DNA from: the human T2T-CHM13v2.0 reference genome, Homo sapiens
Length of the DNA: 64,000 bases
Reading direction: 5' to 3' (one strand)
Assembly: GCF_009914755.1 (NCBI RefSeq)
Contig: NC_060933.1
Positions within the stretch are counted from its first letter, which is position 1. The number at the start of each line of letters is the position of its first letter. The notes beneath the pieces are model-generated. The model worked only from the letters and a program-made list of their open reading frames with translations, was not told the origin of the DNA and made no database searches. Made by a program: the position numbers and the translations under genes. Shown here piece after piece: positions 62,331-64,000 of this stretch.

Positions 62331-62665
62331 GGCGGGGCGCTGTGGCTCACGCCTGTAATCCCAGCACTTTGGGAGGCCGAGGCGGGCTGATCATGAGGTC
62401 AGGAATTCAAGACCAGTCTGGCCAAGATGGTGAAACTTCGTCTCTACTAAAAATACAAAAAAATTAGCTGGGCGTGGTGGCGGGCGCCTGTAATCCCAGC
62501 TACTCGGGAGGCTGAAGCAGAGAATTCCTTAAACCCGGGAGGCGGAGGTTGCAGTGAGCCAAGATTGTGCCACTGCACTCTAGCCTGGGCGAGAGAGCAA
62601 GACTCCGTCTCAAACCAAAAAAAAAAAAAAAAAAAAAGAAAGAAAAAGAAAAAGAAAAAAGAAAG
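62331..62665 (+). mobile_element. Alu SINE (AluS-type), CpG-rich, with TSD aagaaagaactt
   Basis: Full Alu with long A-rich tail; direct repeat aagaaagaactt on both sides. Confidence 0.95.
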
Positions 62666-62792
62666 AACTTCCTTAATTTTTTGAAGAGACTATTCTGTAT
62701 CCATTTTATAATTTTGTGGCCACTGAAAAAGGTATATTAAATCACAGACACAGTGAATGTAGTAAGTGGTAGTTTAAAATGTTAAAATGTTA

Positions 62793-63093
<301 letters not shown>

Positions 63094-63404
63094 CTATTCT
63101 AATTTTTGAATGCAATCACAGCCTCTAACAAAACAGCCTCGTTACACTAATTCGCTGATAATGAATTCTTAAGTAAAAGGGGAATTCCATAGAAATATAT
63201 ATGGCTCTTTTATGTTTAAGAAAAGTAAGAGCCTGAAAAACAGATGTGTTCTGTAAAACTGAATTACTTTCTATCCAGTTCCACTGGTTCCACTGTTTTA
63301 TATCTTTATATTAAAACATATATAAATGATTGATGATTTTTTTTCTTTTAGACGCTGCTGCTGAATCCATGGAGAGAAAAAGGATAAATTTCCAGAACTA
63401 TGGT

Positions 63405-64000
63405 CCCTGTGCTCCAGTTCGCCAGGCGGGCGCGGCGGAGACGGAGACCGAGGAACGCGGCTGGGGCCATGCGGCGCTACCGCGCGTGGTGGCGCTGTGT
63501 CTGGTCTGAGGCTTCTGCTCGCTCCTTTACGCCTTCAGCCAGCTCCCCGTGTGCCCGGAGGAAGGAGCGGGCGGTGGTGGCGGGAAGCCGCAGGCCGCAG
63601 TGGCTTCCTGGCTGGCGGGAGGCGGATGCGGTGCTGTGAGAGGTGCGAGCAGCGCTTGTCCCGCTGCGCATCCCCGCAGGTGGGACAGGTGTAGTCTGAA
63701 AATACAGCCTGTTGAGAAAATGTATCTAGGTGAAAGACTGGAAGAAACTATGACCATGTTGAAGTCTATTATTTTCAGGATCAAACCTCTTCAATTCCAG
63801 ATTTTTGCTGAAGATCAACTACATCATAGCTTTAAAGGAAGGCTTGACAGGGGTCATTTCTACAAATATTTAATTATACAATATACTCCATAACCTTTCC
63901 AAGTGAGAATGCAGCAGAGTGGAAAAACTCTTTAAACCATGTGGTTTGCAGAGATTGTCCTTGCCGTTATTCCTGAAAGAAGTTGACTCTCACACTGATA
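63405..64000 (+). pseudogene. GXYLT1P: Processed GXYLT1 pseudogene (5' part; continues beyond the window)
   Basis: ATG at 63469 (MRRY); frameshift after codon 4; TGA at 63507. Then FCSLLYAFSQL...GGGGGKPQAAVASWLAGGG...SLKIQPVEKM...ERLEETMTMLKS...IFAEDQLHHSFKGRLD...ITFPSENAAEWK...LILKEVDS, matching GXYLT1 with no introns. Confidence 0.93.

Overview
Human (or closely related primate) genomic DNA, with no intact protein-coding gene, RNA gene or CRISPR array that I can support. The layout is that of a pericentromeric segmental-duplication mosaic of the ANKRD20A/ANKRD18 type; the exact chromosomal copy cannot be determined from sequence alone. In order: the last two exons of an ANKRD26-family gene (+); a GC-rich (CCTGGTCAGTGGGG)-type minisatellite; a processed SNX18 pseudogene; a ~27 kb tandem array of about nine ~3 kb monomers built from rearranged MaLR (MSTA LTR + MST-int) sequence; a second block of the same minisatellite; three orphan CYP4F exons; a decayed ZNF114-like zinc-finger exon; a HERV-K LTR5 solo LTR; and two head-to-head processed pseudogenes (CNN2 on -, GXYLT1 on +, the latter running off the window). 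Alus, L1 fragments and other old repeats lie in between. The most interesting structure is the LTR-derived macrosatellite. It has higher-order (~10 kb and ~6.2 kb) periodicity with a readable recombination junction, two inverted repeats per monomer, G-rich tracts and a reiterated palindromic DUX-type motif. Gene and repeat identities come from my recollection of reference sequences, not from a database search, and most coordinates were read by eye. Almost all ORFs in the supplied track are spurious (repeat-derived).
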